A stretch of DNA of 63,829 nt, the filler included, from Octopus bimaculoides (taxonomy: Eukaryota), in assembly GCF_001194135.2 (NCBI RefSeq). It is 6 parts of 6 records of this genome, joined end to end, with 100 filler letters (N's around TTAATTAATTAA, not from the genome) between each part and the next. Parts side by side here need not be neighbours in the genome. Positions count along the whole stretch, not along the records: positions 1 to 25,289 come from NC_068996.1; 5 more parts are not named here. One strand, written 5' to 3'. The position numbers were made by a program, and so were the translations under genes. The notes beneath the pieces are model-generated. The model ran no database searches. It worked only from the letters and a program-made list of their open reading frames with translations, and was not told where the DNA came from. Of the stretch, positions 1-12,067 are shown in pieces (position 1 is the first letter of the stretch; each line of letters begins with the position of its first letter).

Positions 1-398
1 AACCCCTCTGTTTCTGATTTCAATCCAGAGGCCATTAACCATTGGTGGGTAAGGGCTTTGTCAATATCTGCATTATTCGCTCTCTTTGGGTATTTGCCAT
101 TGAGAGGTTTTCCATGCCATTTTTCAGTCATAATAGCTAAGGCAGCAATTTTAGCACGGGTTTTCAAGCGCTTAGCTTTTTCTGTAGGTGTTTCTAGTTC
201 GTCTAATTCTTGAATTTGTTGCAATTGGAATTCACTTAGATATTCCTTTGCCTGTTTTGTTACTGAGTAAGATGCTTTCTTGCTTTCATATTTTAAGACA
301 AGTTTTAGCATCCAGTCCTCAGAGTTTTTCATATAGGTGTCTAGGCCAATTGTGGCTACCTTCATTGAAAATGCCAGCTGTAGTAGTCCTCGACCTCC
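1..398 (-). mobile_element. R4/Dong-like non-LTR retrotransposon ORF fragment (post-RT region)
   Basis: Manual minus-strand translation is stop-free: GGRGLLQLAFSMKVATIGLDTYMKNSEDWMLKLVLKYESKK...KWHGKPLNGKYPKRANNADIDKALTHQWLMASGLKSETEG. The GGRGL and W..SGLK.ETE motifs are typical of R4-clade elements and match the copy at 22.8-23.9 kb. Not in the ORF track. Confidence 0.8.
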
Positions 399-402
399 CT
401 CC

Positions 403-403
<1 letters not shown>

Positions 404-497
<94 letters not shown>
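404..497. repeat. (ATT)n microsatellite
   Basis: Perfect trinucleotide run; it produces the poly-Ile ORF 188..742. Confidence 0.95.
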
Positions 498-499
<2 letters not shown>

Positions 500-500
500 A

Positions 501-726
501 AGATGTCGAGCTGGCAGAATCGTCAGCACGCTGGACAAAATGCTAAGTGGTATTTCGTCTGTCTTTGTGTTCTGAGTTCAAATTCCGTCGAGGTCGACTT
601 TGTCTTTCATCCTTTCGGGGTCGATAAATTAAGTACCAGTTATGCACTGGATTCGATGAAATCGACGAATCCCCTCCCCACAAATTTAAAGCCTTGTGCC
701 TTCAGTAGAAAGGATTATTATTATTG
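501..726 (+). mobile_element. SINE family C (central domain TTTCATCCTTTCGGGGTCGATAAATTAAGTACCAG, Meta-domain-like)
   Basis: Head gagctggcagaatcgtcagc, B-box-like GAGTTCAAATTCC, conserved central block and (ATT) tail; at least 5 related copies in the window. Confidence 0.75.
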
Positions 727-1173
727 TTGTATTTGTTGGTAGTAGTAGTAGTAGTAGCAGCAGCAGCAGCAGCAGAGAGACGGGAAGTGGTTAGCGAAAA
801 CTGCAAGCCAATAGCGAAACAACATTCTGTGGTTGACAAAATAAGCAGCAATCGTGTAGTGAGATCGATTTAATCGACGCATCACCTATAATCTCCAGCC
901 ATATTTTCACCTAAGCTGCAAATCATTCTAATCGTAACTGATATTCAAACTTGACAATGACTTCAAAAACCATCGATCTGTTTTGCTATATTTTATGTTA
1001 GGCTGCTGGTTTAGTAATCCATGTTGTCGATATTGAAGACACGTCGGAGCTGCAAAATACTATGTTCTATGTCGGTTGGCAAAATAAAAGAAGTTGTGAT
1101 CAGCACAATCTAGTGAATGAATACCTGTTATTAACGAGAACCGACTTAATCGATTGACTATATGCATATTAGT

Positions 1174-1430
1174 GGAGGCGCGTGGCTTAGTGATTAGGGT
1201 GTCAGCATCACGATCGTAAGATTGTGGTTTCGATTCCTGGACCGAGCGACGCGTTGTGTTCTTGAGCAAAACACTTCATTTCACGTTGCTCCAGTCCACT
1301 CAGCTGCCAAAAATGAGTAACGCTGCGATGGACTGGCGTCCCGTCCGGCTGGGGAAAACATAGGCCATAGAAACGGGGAAACCGGGGCCATGAGCCTGGC
1401 TAGGCTTTAAAAGGGCGCACTTATTTATAT
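1174..1430 (+). mobile_element. tRNA-derived SINE family A (tail type 1)
   Basis: A-box TGGCTTAGTG and B-box GTTTCGATTCC; aligns end to end with 44766-45030. Confidence 0.85.
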
Positions 1431-2163
1431 GCTTATTCTACAAATTCTGGTACTGTACAGAAATTAAAGGCTAGCTCTTNNNNNNNNNNNNNNNNNNNNN
1501 NNNNNNNNNNNNNNNNNNNNNNNNNNNNNNNNNNNNNNNNNNNNNNNNNNNNNNNNNNNNNNNNNNNNNNNNNNNNNNNNNNNNNNNNNNNNNNNNNNNN
1601 NNNNNNNNNNNNNNNNNNNNNNNNNNNNNNNNNNNNNNNNNNNNNNNNNNNNNNNNNNNNNNNNNNNNNNNNNNNNNNNNNNNNNNNNNNNNNNNNNNNN
1701 NNNNNNNNNNNNNNNNNNNNNNNNNNNNNNNNNNNNNNNNNNNNNNNNNNNNNNNNNNNNNNNNNNNNNNNNNNNNNNNNNNNNNNNNNNNNNNNNNNNN
1801 NNNNNNNNNNNNNNNNNNNNNNNNNNNNNNNNNNNNNNNNNNNNNNNNNNNNNNNNNNNNNNNNNNNNNNNNNNNNNNNNNNNNNNNNNNNNNNNNNNNN
1901 NNNNNNNNNNNNNNNNNNNNNNNNNNNNNNNNNNNNNNNNNNNNNNNNNNNNNNNNNNNNNNNNNNNNNNNNNNNNNNNNNNNNNNNNNNNNNNNNNNNN
2001 NNNNNNNNNNNNNNNNNNNNNNNNNNNNNNNNNNNNNNNNNNNNNNNNNNNNNNNNNNNNNNNNNNNNNNNNNNNNNNNNNNNNNNNNNNNNNNNNNNNN
2101 NNNNNNNNNNNNNNNNNNNNNNNNNNNNNNNNNNNNNNNNNNNNNNNNNNNNNNNNNNNNNNA

Positions 2164-2318
2164 GGCGCGCAAGTCTGGCTGTTTGGTAAGAAGTCTGCTT
2201 CCCAGCCACATGGTTACGCATTCCGTCCCACTGTATGGCAAGTGCATTCTACTATAACACTGGGCCGACCAAACCCTTGTGAATGGATTTGGCAGACGGA
2301 AACTGAAAGAAGCCCGTT
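2164..2318 (+). mobile_element. SINE family B, 5' module (CORE-like)
   Basis: Matches the family B block ...gggccgaccaaa(g)ccttgtgagtggatttggtagacggaaactgaaagaagcccgt, followed by (TA)n. Confidence 0.75.
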
Positions 2319-2409
2319 ATATATATATATATAATTGATCCAAGAAACGAAGAAAAAAACAACAATAAAAAAACAATGCGAGGACGTGGTACATGCATAT
2401 ACTTTTCTA

Positions 2410-2614
2410 CTCTAGAGACAAGGCTCGAAATTTTTGGGGAAGGGGCCAGTCGATTAGATCAACCCAGTATGCAGCTGGTATTTAATTTATCGACCCCGAA
2501 AGAATGAAACGCAAAGTCGACCTCGGCGGAATTTGAACTCAAGACGTTGCGGCAGACGAAATACCGCTAATCATTTCGCCCGGCGTGCTGACGTTTCTGC
2601 CAGCTCACCGCCTT
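2410..2614 (-). mobile_element. SINE family C
   Basis: Reverse complement of the 501-726 family (ttaatttatcgaccccgaaag...gtcgacctcggcggaatttgaactc). Confidence 0.8.
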
Positions 2615-3133
2615 ATAGATTATTCAATATGTTTTTCCGTATTATTATCTAACATTTTGTTCTGTGTTCTCAACGCACATTTTCCCTCTGAAATAGATTT
2701 TAAAACATACTGTAGCTTCCCATTATCAATCATAGATAAAATCAGATTTAGCCCAAAGTATATTTTAATCGATCAGACCTATGATCGATTATGTTTCAGG
2801 AGCCATTATTATTTTATTTTGACATGGTATATCAAGGAGGTTCAATTCGGTGTAGTGTTCCTGCTTAAAAACGGAATGAAATGATCTGAAGGAAATGTGT
2901 TTACTTTTCTAACAGTTGTGTTGATAACCAAGTTGAATTTCTCTCGCCGTCGCTGTTGCGTTTTTGAACAGTTATTTGAAAGAGCGGGAAGGAAGAAGTT
3001 GGTTGTGACTGAAAGGATAATATGATATGTTGATAGATATCAGAGTTATTTTTCCAGAGACTGGTGATATGAATAGAGATGTCAGATAAACTTACAAGCT
3101 TGTGTTTTCAGTAAACACACCAGCTAGAGAGAG

Positions 3134-3136
<3 letters not shown>

Positions 3137-3215
<79 letters not shown>
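3137..3215. repeat. (GA)n microsatellite
   Basis: Perfect dinucleotide run. Confidence 0.95.
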
Positions 3216-3220
<5 letters not shown>

Positions 3221-3754
3221 CATATTGTTTAACTGCTTTATCTTTTCACAACAAAGCTAGATATGTGTTTTTAGTATAAGCACATAGCATACGAACATGT
3301 ATATAGTATATGTGCTTATAAAGTACATACATCTCCAACAAAGAAAAGAATACATCTCTTCAATAGAAATAACACAGCTCCTTCCTAATACTTTGTAGTA
3401 TTTCTTTAATTAATATAGGATATAAGAAGACCTTTGACAGACTCTCGACATGACTCAAAGTCTATCTACAACATATATGAATAACGTTTATTTGTCCTAG
3501 AGGCTGTAGATGACGTCATCGAAAAGCTGATTAAATCTTGGTCAAATGATTAAACTCACTAATTCATGAAATTTTCATTCTATTTAGCAACCACGCAAAT
3601 ACCATCGCCTCATTATACATTCATACACAATACATACATACATACATACATACATACATACATACATACACACACACATACATACATACGTACATACATA
3701 CATGCATACATACATACATACATACATACATGCATACATACATACATACATACA

Positions 3755-3832
3755 TGGTTGGCACTCTGTCGCTTACGACGTCGAGGGTTCCAGTTGATCC
3801 GATCAACGGAACAGCCTGCTCGTGAAATTAAC
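3755..3832 (-). mobile_element. SINE family A tail type 2 (3' end; remainder in gap)
   Basis: Reverse complement matches 19280-19355 (gttgatcggatc...gacggagtgcca) and is followed by (ATGT)n. Confidence 0.7.
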
Positions 3833-4777
3833 NNNNNNNNNNNNNNNNNNNNNNNNNNNNNNNNNNNNNNNNNNNNNNNNNNNNNNNNNNNNNNNNNNNN
3901 NNNNNNNNNNNNNNNNNNNNNNNNNNNNNNNNNNNNNNNNNNNNNNNNNNNNNNNNNNNNNNNNNNNNNNNNNNNNNNNNNNNNNNNNNNNNNNNNNNNN
4001 NNNNNNNNNNNNNNNNNNNNNNNNNNNNNNNNNNNNNNNNNNNNNNNNNNNNNNNNNNNNNNNNNNNNNNNNNNNNNNNNNNNNNNNNNNNNNNNNNNNN
4101 NNNNNNNNNNNNNNNNNNNNNNNNNNNNNNNNNNNNNNNNNNNNNNNNNNNNNNNNNNNNNNNNNNNNNNNNNNNNNNNNNNNNNNNNNNNNNNNNNNNN
4201 NNNNNNNNNNNNNNNNNNNNNNNNNNNNNNNNNNNNNNNNNNNNNNNNNNNNNNNNNNNNNNNNNNNNNNNNNNNNNNNNNNNNNNNNNNNNNNNNNNNN
4301 NNNNNNNNNNNNNNNNNNNNNNNNNNNNNNNNNNNNNNNNNNNNNNNNNNNNNNNNNNNNNNNNNNNNNNNNNNNNNNNNNNNNNNNNNNNNNNNNNNNN
4401 NNNNNNNNNNNNNNNNNNNNNNNNNNNNNNNNNNNNNNNNNNNNNNNNNNNNNNNNNNNNNNNNNNNNNNNNNNNNNNNNNNNNNNNNNNNNNNNNNNNN
4501 NNNNNNNNNNNNNNNNNNNNNNNNNNNNNNNNNNNNNNNNNNNNNNNNNNNNNNNNNNNNNNNNNNNNNNNNNNNNNNNNNNNNNNNNNNNNNNNNNNNN
4601 NNNNNNNNNNNNNNNNNNNNNNNNNNNNNNNNNNNNNNNNNNNNNNNNNNNNNNNNNNNNNNNNNNNNNNNNNNNNNNNNNNNNNNNNNNNNNNNNNNNN
4701 NNNNNNNNNNNNNNNNNNNNNNNNNNNNNNNNNNNNNNNNNNNNNNNNNNNNNNNNNNNTATATATATATATATATG

Positions 4778-4857
<80 letters not shown>

Positions 4858-5449
4858 TACATAGACAGATAAATAGATAGGCAGAGATGCAGACAGGCAG
4901 ACTGATAGATAGATAGGTACATACATAAATACATACATACATACATACATACATACATTCATAGTGGATGTTGTAATATTTAATATGTCCCCATTGAAGG
5001 CTGCCAGGAAAGGTCGATAAGACACCGCCAATAAAGTGTAAGTATTTTTCATATCAGTAGTTGACAATGAAATTCCTTCTTGCCCTAGCTTATGTATGTA
5101 TGTATGTAGACAAACGTTTTCCAGAAAACACAGAAAAAGAAAAAAGATGAAAAGTATCACTTCACACAAACACGCTGTCTAAATACGAATCTTGAGAAAT
5201 CAGGCTTCTCAAAACCAGAAAGGAGAAAACTAATTTGAAGACTACAAATCCAATCCATCACTGGAACTAAATATCTAAAAATTTCCAAAAGTTTTATTAT
5301 TTAAATATATATAAGTATGTCTAGATATGCAACTATATGCATGAGAATACATACATAAAACATACAAATGTGCACATACATACATACACACATACATACA
5401 TACATACATACATACATACATACATACATACATACATACAAACAAACAA

Positions 5450-5843
5450 ACAAACAAACAAAAATACCCTGTTGTTGATGTAGAAATTCCAATGAAGGGA
5501 CCTTGAATCTAGGTTAGAAACCGGCTCTTTTTCTATTGGCAAGAAATCTTGAAATAAACTGAATAGTGACATACATACATATATACACACATATATACAT
5601 TTATACATACATACATACATACATACATACATACATACATACATGCATACATACATACAAACAAACAAAAATACCCTGTTGTTGATGTAGAAATTCCAAT
5701 GAAGGGGCCTTGAATCTAGGTTAGAAACCGGCTCTTTTTCTATTGGCAAGAAATCTTGAAATAAACTGAATAGTGACATACATACATATATACACACATA
5801 TATACATTTATACATACATACATACATACATACATACATACAA
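5450..5843 (+). repeat. Tandem duplication, period 207 bp, each unit with a degenerate hammerhead-like core
   Basis: ataccctgttgttgatgtagaaattccaatgaaggg(a/g)ccttgaatctaggttagaaaccggctc... starts at 5464 and 5671. One substitution is visible in the non-microsatellite part. Confidence 0.85.
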
Positions 5844-6449
5844 CATCCATTTTTATATTGAGCATTTATGATTATTCATGAATCTATATAGCAGAAATTC
5901 TGTACTAGACCACACGTAAATATCCTTGTGGTTCCTATTTCTCTGTTTTGCCCGCCCACTGGCAAAGTACTTCTCAAATTACCCACTTCCATTAGCTGGA
6001 AATAGCTACCACGCAGAAGCAAAAACTAACCTCTATAGGTAGCAGGAACTCTAAAATTTATGGATATTTCGTTATCTTGCTGTGGTGAGATCTACTCTTC
6101 CCTTTAATATAGATAAGAAGGAACTAAATTCCTTAGGCCGACTTTTTTTTTTTAATAGAAAATATTTAAACACAACCCGAGAAAGCAATGGTATGTTTTA
6201 TGAGCCTCACGGCTTAATTAAAGATGATTATCGAATCAGCACACGGTGCAATCAAGAGGACTCACACACGCTCATACTGAAACATACGTGTATGCATTAT
6301 ATACATATATTGCATATACACACGTATTCATACATACACATAGATATATTATACATACACCTACACATATATACTTTACACACATACAAAAAATATATTC
6401 ATTTGTACATTCTTACACGCATGCATACATATATACACACATATATAGA

Positions 6450-7098
6450 ATGCACGACGATTGCTTTATACTTTGGAACGGCAGCATGGACAAACTCCTC
6501 GATTTCAAAAATAATGCTTAACAATATTAATAGAAACGTACAATTCACTATGGAACACAGCAGTAAACAACTCCCTTTTCTTGACATCCTAATTAAAATA
6601 GTCAATAACCACATAGAAACAGACATCTTCTATAAACCTCCAGATTCTAAACAATACCTATTATTTAACTCATGCCACCCCAAACACATAAAAGTTAATA
6701 CACCTTATAATCTAGCGAAAAGAATCTGTACCATAGTTTCGGACTCCTATACTCGTGAACGAAGACTCCTTGAACTCAGATCAATATTGATCAAGAGACA
6801 TTACCCAATATCTTTAATAAATAATGGAATCAAACGAGCTAAGGAAATAGACATACAAACATTAAGGGAAGTCAACCGAAATACTAAACCAGACTTAAAA
6901 ATACTCCCATACATCTCCACACGTAACCCTAGAAACAACGAAGCCTTTAACGTTATCATCCAAAATCTTCCCATTCTCACAAGAGATAAAACAATGAACA
7001 AAATTTTAGACTCACACAAAATTATCAAAAGTAAAATGCAACCTAAATCACTGAAAAAAATATTTGCTATGTATCTAAAAATTTGTACCAAAACCTAA
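6450..7098 (+). mobile_element. Penelope-like element (PLE), RT C-terminal fragment
   Basis: MHDDCFILW (YxDD-type motif, shifted frame), then LPFLDILIKIVNNHIETDIFYKPPDSKQYLLFNSCHPKHIKVNTPYNLAKRICTIVSD, which is characteristic of the PLE RT thumb. Confidence 0.9.
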
Positions 7099-7759
7099 TA
7101 AATCCCTATTCTAAGAAAGAGCAAAATAATTGACGTTCTTTTATCTAAATCCAATCGATTAGCCCAGAAGAGAGAGAAAATTTCTACGCCATTCCAAAGT
7201 TTCTCCACCTGGGACTCTTTAAATGGATATATACAGACACTTGGTTGTGTGTGCATCTCCAAAGGCACACACATATGTAAAAAATAATGATTCATACGCA
7301 CGCTTAAACACCTGAGTACTACAGATACATGTTCTCACAGAACATAAAGGTAGGTTCATACGCCTACATATATGCACTCACAGACTCAAACTACATATTT
7401 ACAAACCTCGAAAACTGTCATGTCACTTTGTTAGCGACTGGCTTGAACTCCATCAAGAAGAACTTAAATAAATCTCAATGCATACACAATACATACATTA
7501 CACACATATGACCATAAGCATACACACATACGGGTAATGATATACAAATTTAATGCATACATATATACAATCATGCATACGCACAAACGTATATACTTAT
7601 ATAAAATATACTTGTGGTTCATTTTACGAAGCTTACGATTTATGTAGTATAAAGATCATATTTAACTTGATTAATAGTGAATCTGGTTTCACTTTTCTAC
7701 TGACACTCCGCAGCGCCCATGCTTTTAACTGGCTCGTTTTATTTGGTTAATATGTACCA

Positions 7760-7925
7760 TAACACAGTTGCCCATAGTTTTCTTTAGAATTACTGAACGA
7801 GTATTTGGCCAGTTGTTTATCATTTAGCAACGAATTAGGGAAGCCTTGCTGATTTGCACGAAGAGGTGAATGAGAAGTAACGATAATTCTAATTATGACA
7901 CTAGAACATGGAAATGTCTGGATTG
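7760..7925 (+). mobile_element. Possible PLE GIY-YIG endonuclease C-terminal remnant
   Basis: Frame with stops reads VFGQLFII*QRIREALLICTKR*MRSNDNSNYDTRTWKCL, resembling the R.IREAL.I...MN.D...W end of PLE endonucleases. Confidence 0.4.
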
Positions 7926-8501
7926 AATTTGCCTTTGGCAAATCCGATATCGGGTTGCGTGTGATAGCCGACCGACAAGTTAAGCTACATTGTATATATT
8001 TGCGTATGTTTGTGCGTGTTGTACACACACACACACATACGAATGTATGTAAATATATATATATATATGTAAATATATATANNNNNNNNNNNNNNNNNNN
8101 NNNNNNNNNNNNNNNNNNNNNNNNNNNNNNNNNNNNNNNNNNNNNNNNNNNNNNNNNNNNNNNNNNNNNNNNNNNNNNNNNNNNNNNNNNNNNNNNNNNN
8201 NNNNNNNNNNNNNNNNNNNNNNNNNNNNNNNNNNNNNNNNNNNNNNNNNNNNNNNNNNNNNNNNNNNNNNNNNNNNNNNNNNNNNNNNNNNNNNNNNNNN
8301 NNNNNNNNNNNNNNNNNNNNNNNNNNNNNNNNNNNNNNNNNNNNNNNATATATATATATATATCTGTATGTATGTATGTATGTTCGTGTGTATGTATGTA
8401 TGTATGCATGTTTGTGTGTGTATGTGTGTGTGTATGCGCGGGCGTGTACGCAATTGAAACAATAATTAATTAAAATAACCATCTGTGTAACATGAATAAT
8501 A

Positions 8502-8770
8502 TACGAGGTGATACTGAAAAATTCCTGACCTCGGGTGAAATAAGATACAGAAGGGTCAATTAATTATGATCTTATTCAACATATTCCCCTTCTCAGATTC
8601 ACACATTCATTGCAGTGGTCCTTCAGGTTTTCTAAGCCTTGTAAAAGAACTCGGAAGGTTGGCCTCTAACCAGGCTATTCGCGACACCCTCAAAGCCAAA
8701 GACTTTTCAACACCCCCTTGTATAGGCCATTTACTGCACCATTTTTCCTGAGATAATATCTCTTATGGAA
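8502..8770 (+). mobile_element. Mariner-type element left end (TIR plus subterminal sequence)
   Basis: TA followed by CGAGGTGATACTGAAAAATTCC, resembling mariner TIRs; no partner TIR found. Confidence 0.55.
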
Positions 8771-8786
8771 TTACTGTGTTAAAAAC

Positions 8787-8913
8787 ACTGTGTGCCACTT
8801 TGAGCAAGTGTCTTCTAGTATAGCCTCGGGCCGATCAACACTTTGTGAGTGCATTTGGTAGACGGAAACTGAAACAAGCCTGTCGTATATGTGTGTTAGT
8901 GTGTCTGTGTGCG

Positions 8914-8963
<50 letters not shown>

Positions 8964-9300
8964 GACAAGTATCTTCTATAGCTTCGGGTCGACCAACGCC
9001 TTGTGAGTGGATTTGGAAAGTAAAGAAACCTGTCGTATGTATATATATATATATATATATATATGCCTATGTGTGTCTTTCTCTGTCTGTGTTTGTCTCC
9101 CACAAGCGTATGACAACTGGTACTGTTGTGTTTATATCCCAGTGGACTTTAGCGGTTCGGCAAAAACGGTCCAATAGAATAAGTACTAGACTTTAAAAAA
9201 ATAAAGGTTATCGGGCAATTCCTCCGACTACAATTCTTCAAGGCGGTACTCCAGCATGGCTGCACCCTAATGACTAAAACAAGTAAAAGGAAAAAAAAGA
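8787..9300 (+). mobile_element. SINE family B with duplicated 5' module and internal microsatellites
   Basis: CORE-like block occurs twice (8787-8885, 8961-9035), each followed by (TA)/(TG) runs, then the 3' module ending gactaaaacaagtaaaag. Confidence 0.75.
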
Positions 9301-9883
9301 TATACGTGTATACACCCCCACCCCACACCCCCACACTCCCACACATGTGTATCTGAAAGGAAGCGTTTTGAACAAGAGACAAAGAGAAAAGGAAAAGAAT
9401 ATATATTTTTAAGTAGGTGGCTAGAACAGATGCTTACTTTGGTTCAGCCAGCTCACCAGGGAGTCTGAAAGAAAAAATGTTTTCAAAGTGAAAAAATGTG
9501 TTGTTTCTTAATATCAATGGAAAAGAGAAGGAAAGAATGGAAGGAAGAAAGGAAGAAGAAAAGATGTGTTTATATCTATACAATTGGTCAGTTCTTTCAA
9601 TATAAGATGACAAGTTGATTCTTGGTCTGTAAAAATGGCAAGACCAGGTGGTTAATCTAAGAGGGGGTCTGTTTTGATGAATAATGAATGTTATTTTTCA
9701 AAAAATTGTCTGGACTTATTACCATCATCATCACCATCATCATTGTCCAATGTTTGATTCCCATACTGGTGTGGGTTGGAAAATCTGGATGCAAGAATGT
9801 TTAAGGCCCATTATAGCTGGCCCAGCCTGTGAAACCCACCGCCTAAGCAATTTTCTAGACATCTTACTGTAATCCTTGCTGAA

Positions 9884-10221
9884 ATACATGTAATAATATA
9901 CATATGGAAAATACTGGAAGGACTGGTGCCAAACTTTGGCATCAAGTACTACAGGAATGCCCGCACGGGTCGCCACTGCATGGTGCCAAAGGTGCCGTCC
10001 ACTGCATCTCACATAAGAACGAGATACTGCAGCAGCCTCGGTTTCAGAGGACCTCAGCTCTTCAATGCCCTGCCAAAACATTTGAGAGACATGCAAGACA
10101 TGGATGCGGAGGTCTTCAAGACAAAACTCGACGATTTCCTCTCCACGATACCAGACGAACCAATGGCTCGAAATGAGACGCAGTTTAGGGCAGCGATGTC
10201 AAATTCTCTTATACACCAGAT
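9884..10221 (+). mobile_element. CR1-clade LINE 3' fragment
   Basis: IYIWKILEGLVPNFGIKYYRNARTGRHCMVP...GPQLFNALPKHLRD...FKTKLDDFLSTIPDEP; closely similar to 35400-35740. Confidence 0.9.
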
Positions 10222-11162
10222 NNNNNNNNNNNNNNNNNNNNNNNNNNNNNNNNNNNNNNNNNNNNNNNNNNNNNNNNNNNNNNNNNNNNNNNNNNNNNNN
10301 NNNNNNNNNNNNNNNNNNNNNNNNNNNNNNNNNNNNNNNNNNNNNNNNNNNNNNNNNNNNNNNNNNNNNNNNNNNNNNNNNNNNNNNNNNNATATATATA
10401 TATATAGATAGATAGATATATAATACATATATTCTTAGGAGCTACATTACCCCTGTAGAATTTAATTTAATGAACTCAATGTTACCTTTCCCTGTTCTAG
10501 ATTGTATAGGTCTGTACTTGGACACTGCAGTAGCTGACTTCCCAGGAGATAGTAGTACACTTGGGTTTACTATGTATGACTGAAAGTGTAATTTGGCGGT
10601 AGACCCAGTATGGCTGCATCCACATAAGGGTTAGTATAATTATTAAATTCATTGATATGAACAATCTAACTGTTAGGATAATGTAATACATATTAAGTAT
10701 GATTTAGTAAACTGTGTTGGAATATGGACATTGCAACTATAATAGTAATTAGCATGTGACCTAATTAAAATTTTTAATCGCTTAAATGTTTGTCGTTTTG
10801 TCCTTTTTTCCCTTTCGTGTACCTATGAGGTGGAATTTTCTTAGGTACCTGTACACATTTACTTGTTCGTCCATTATTACCACCACTTGAAATTTTACTG
10901 GCTATTTAGGATGTAAGATTAAGCATTATTTTTGTAGGTTATTCTACACTTATGCACCTCTTGTACTGGTTGTTTCTCATTAACTATAAAAAAATTACAG
11001 CAGTTTGACTGACAGCATTTATCTATTTATTTTATTCTTATTTATGTTATGTTGAGAAGTTGCAGAAGGCTATAAGCGGCCACATACCACTTATATCATA
11101 GTCTTCTCCCCCGCACCCTTTATTTATTGATTCGTTTTCTTCTTTATTTACATGTCTTCTCA

Positions 11163-11295
11163 GTGGAGGCGCAATGGCCCAGTCGTTAGGGCAGCGGACT
11201 CGCAGTCATAGGATCGCGGTTTCGATTCCTAAACCGGGCGTTGTGAGTGCTTATTGAGCGAAAACACCTAAAGCTCCACGAGGATCCGGCAGGGG
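11163..11295 (+). mobile_element. tRNA-derived SINE head (distinct variant)
   Basis: ggaggcgcaatggcccagtcgttagggcagcggactcgc...gtttcgattcc contains A- and B-boxes and continues into non-tRNA sequence. Confidence 0.7.
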
Positions 11296-11931
11296 ATATC
11301 ATAAGTACTATTCTTTTTCTAGACATATTGGTAATTCTTGTCTTATTTTAGTGTTAACTTCATTTCACTACTAATCAAACATCCTGGTCCCCCTTTATAT
11401 AGAAATAACTCATAAGTATTTCCCTAGACCACTGCTAGATCACTCTTTTGCCTATCGACTTCAAAGCTCCAAGCTGGAAAATGGTATGATTTTAATATAT
11501 TGAGCCTTCTGGTCTCTTCTCGAAGCCCTGTTGTTTCCTATTCCTTCTTCTCTTCGTTTGTTTTATTTTACGCATTTGTATTCACTCTGATGAAGCTCCG
11601 TGTACTAGATCGAATCTCCTATGAAGATGACGAATATTATTTTCGAAATTCTTTCGTAAGCACCAACTGGCATTGGAAGCAGAAACGGCCGTAAGAAATG
11701 TTATGTCATAGAAATGTCATGTCATGCTTTGTATTAAAAAAATAATCTACTGATGTGGTCCAATTTGTTTGCTTGTTGATCAAAAGTTTTCTCTATTTTC
11801 GGTTTATTTGAACTTTATATATATATATGTATATATATACACATATATATACATATACACACACACACACACACANNNNNNNNNNNNNNNNNNNNNNNNN
11901 NNNNNNNNNNNNNNNNNNNNNNNNNNNNNNG

Positions 11932-11963
<32 letters not shown>

Positions 11964-11986
11964 TGTATATATATACACATATATAT

Positions 11987-12067
<81 letters not shown>

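Noticed and set aside
1174-1250. tRNA genes at SINE heads (also 11163, 19033, 44766, 48338)
   Set aside because: A/B boxes are present, but there is no complete cloverleaf and the sequence continues into shared SINE bodies.
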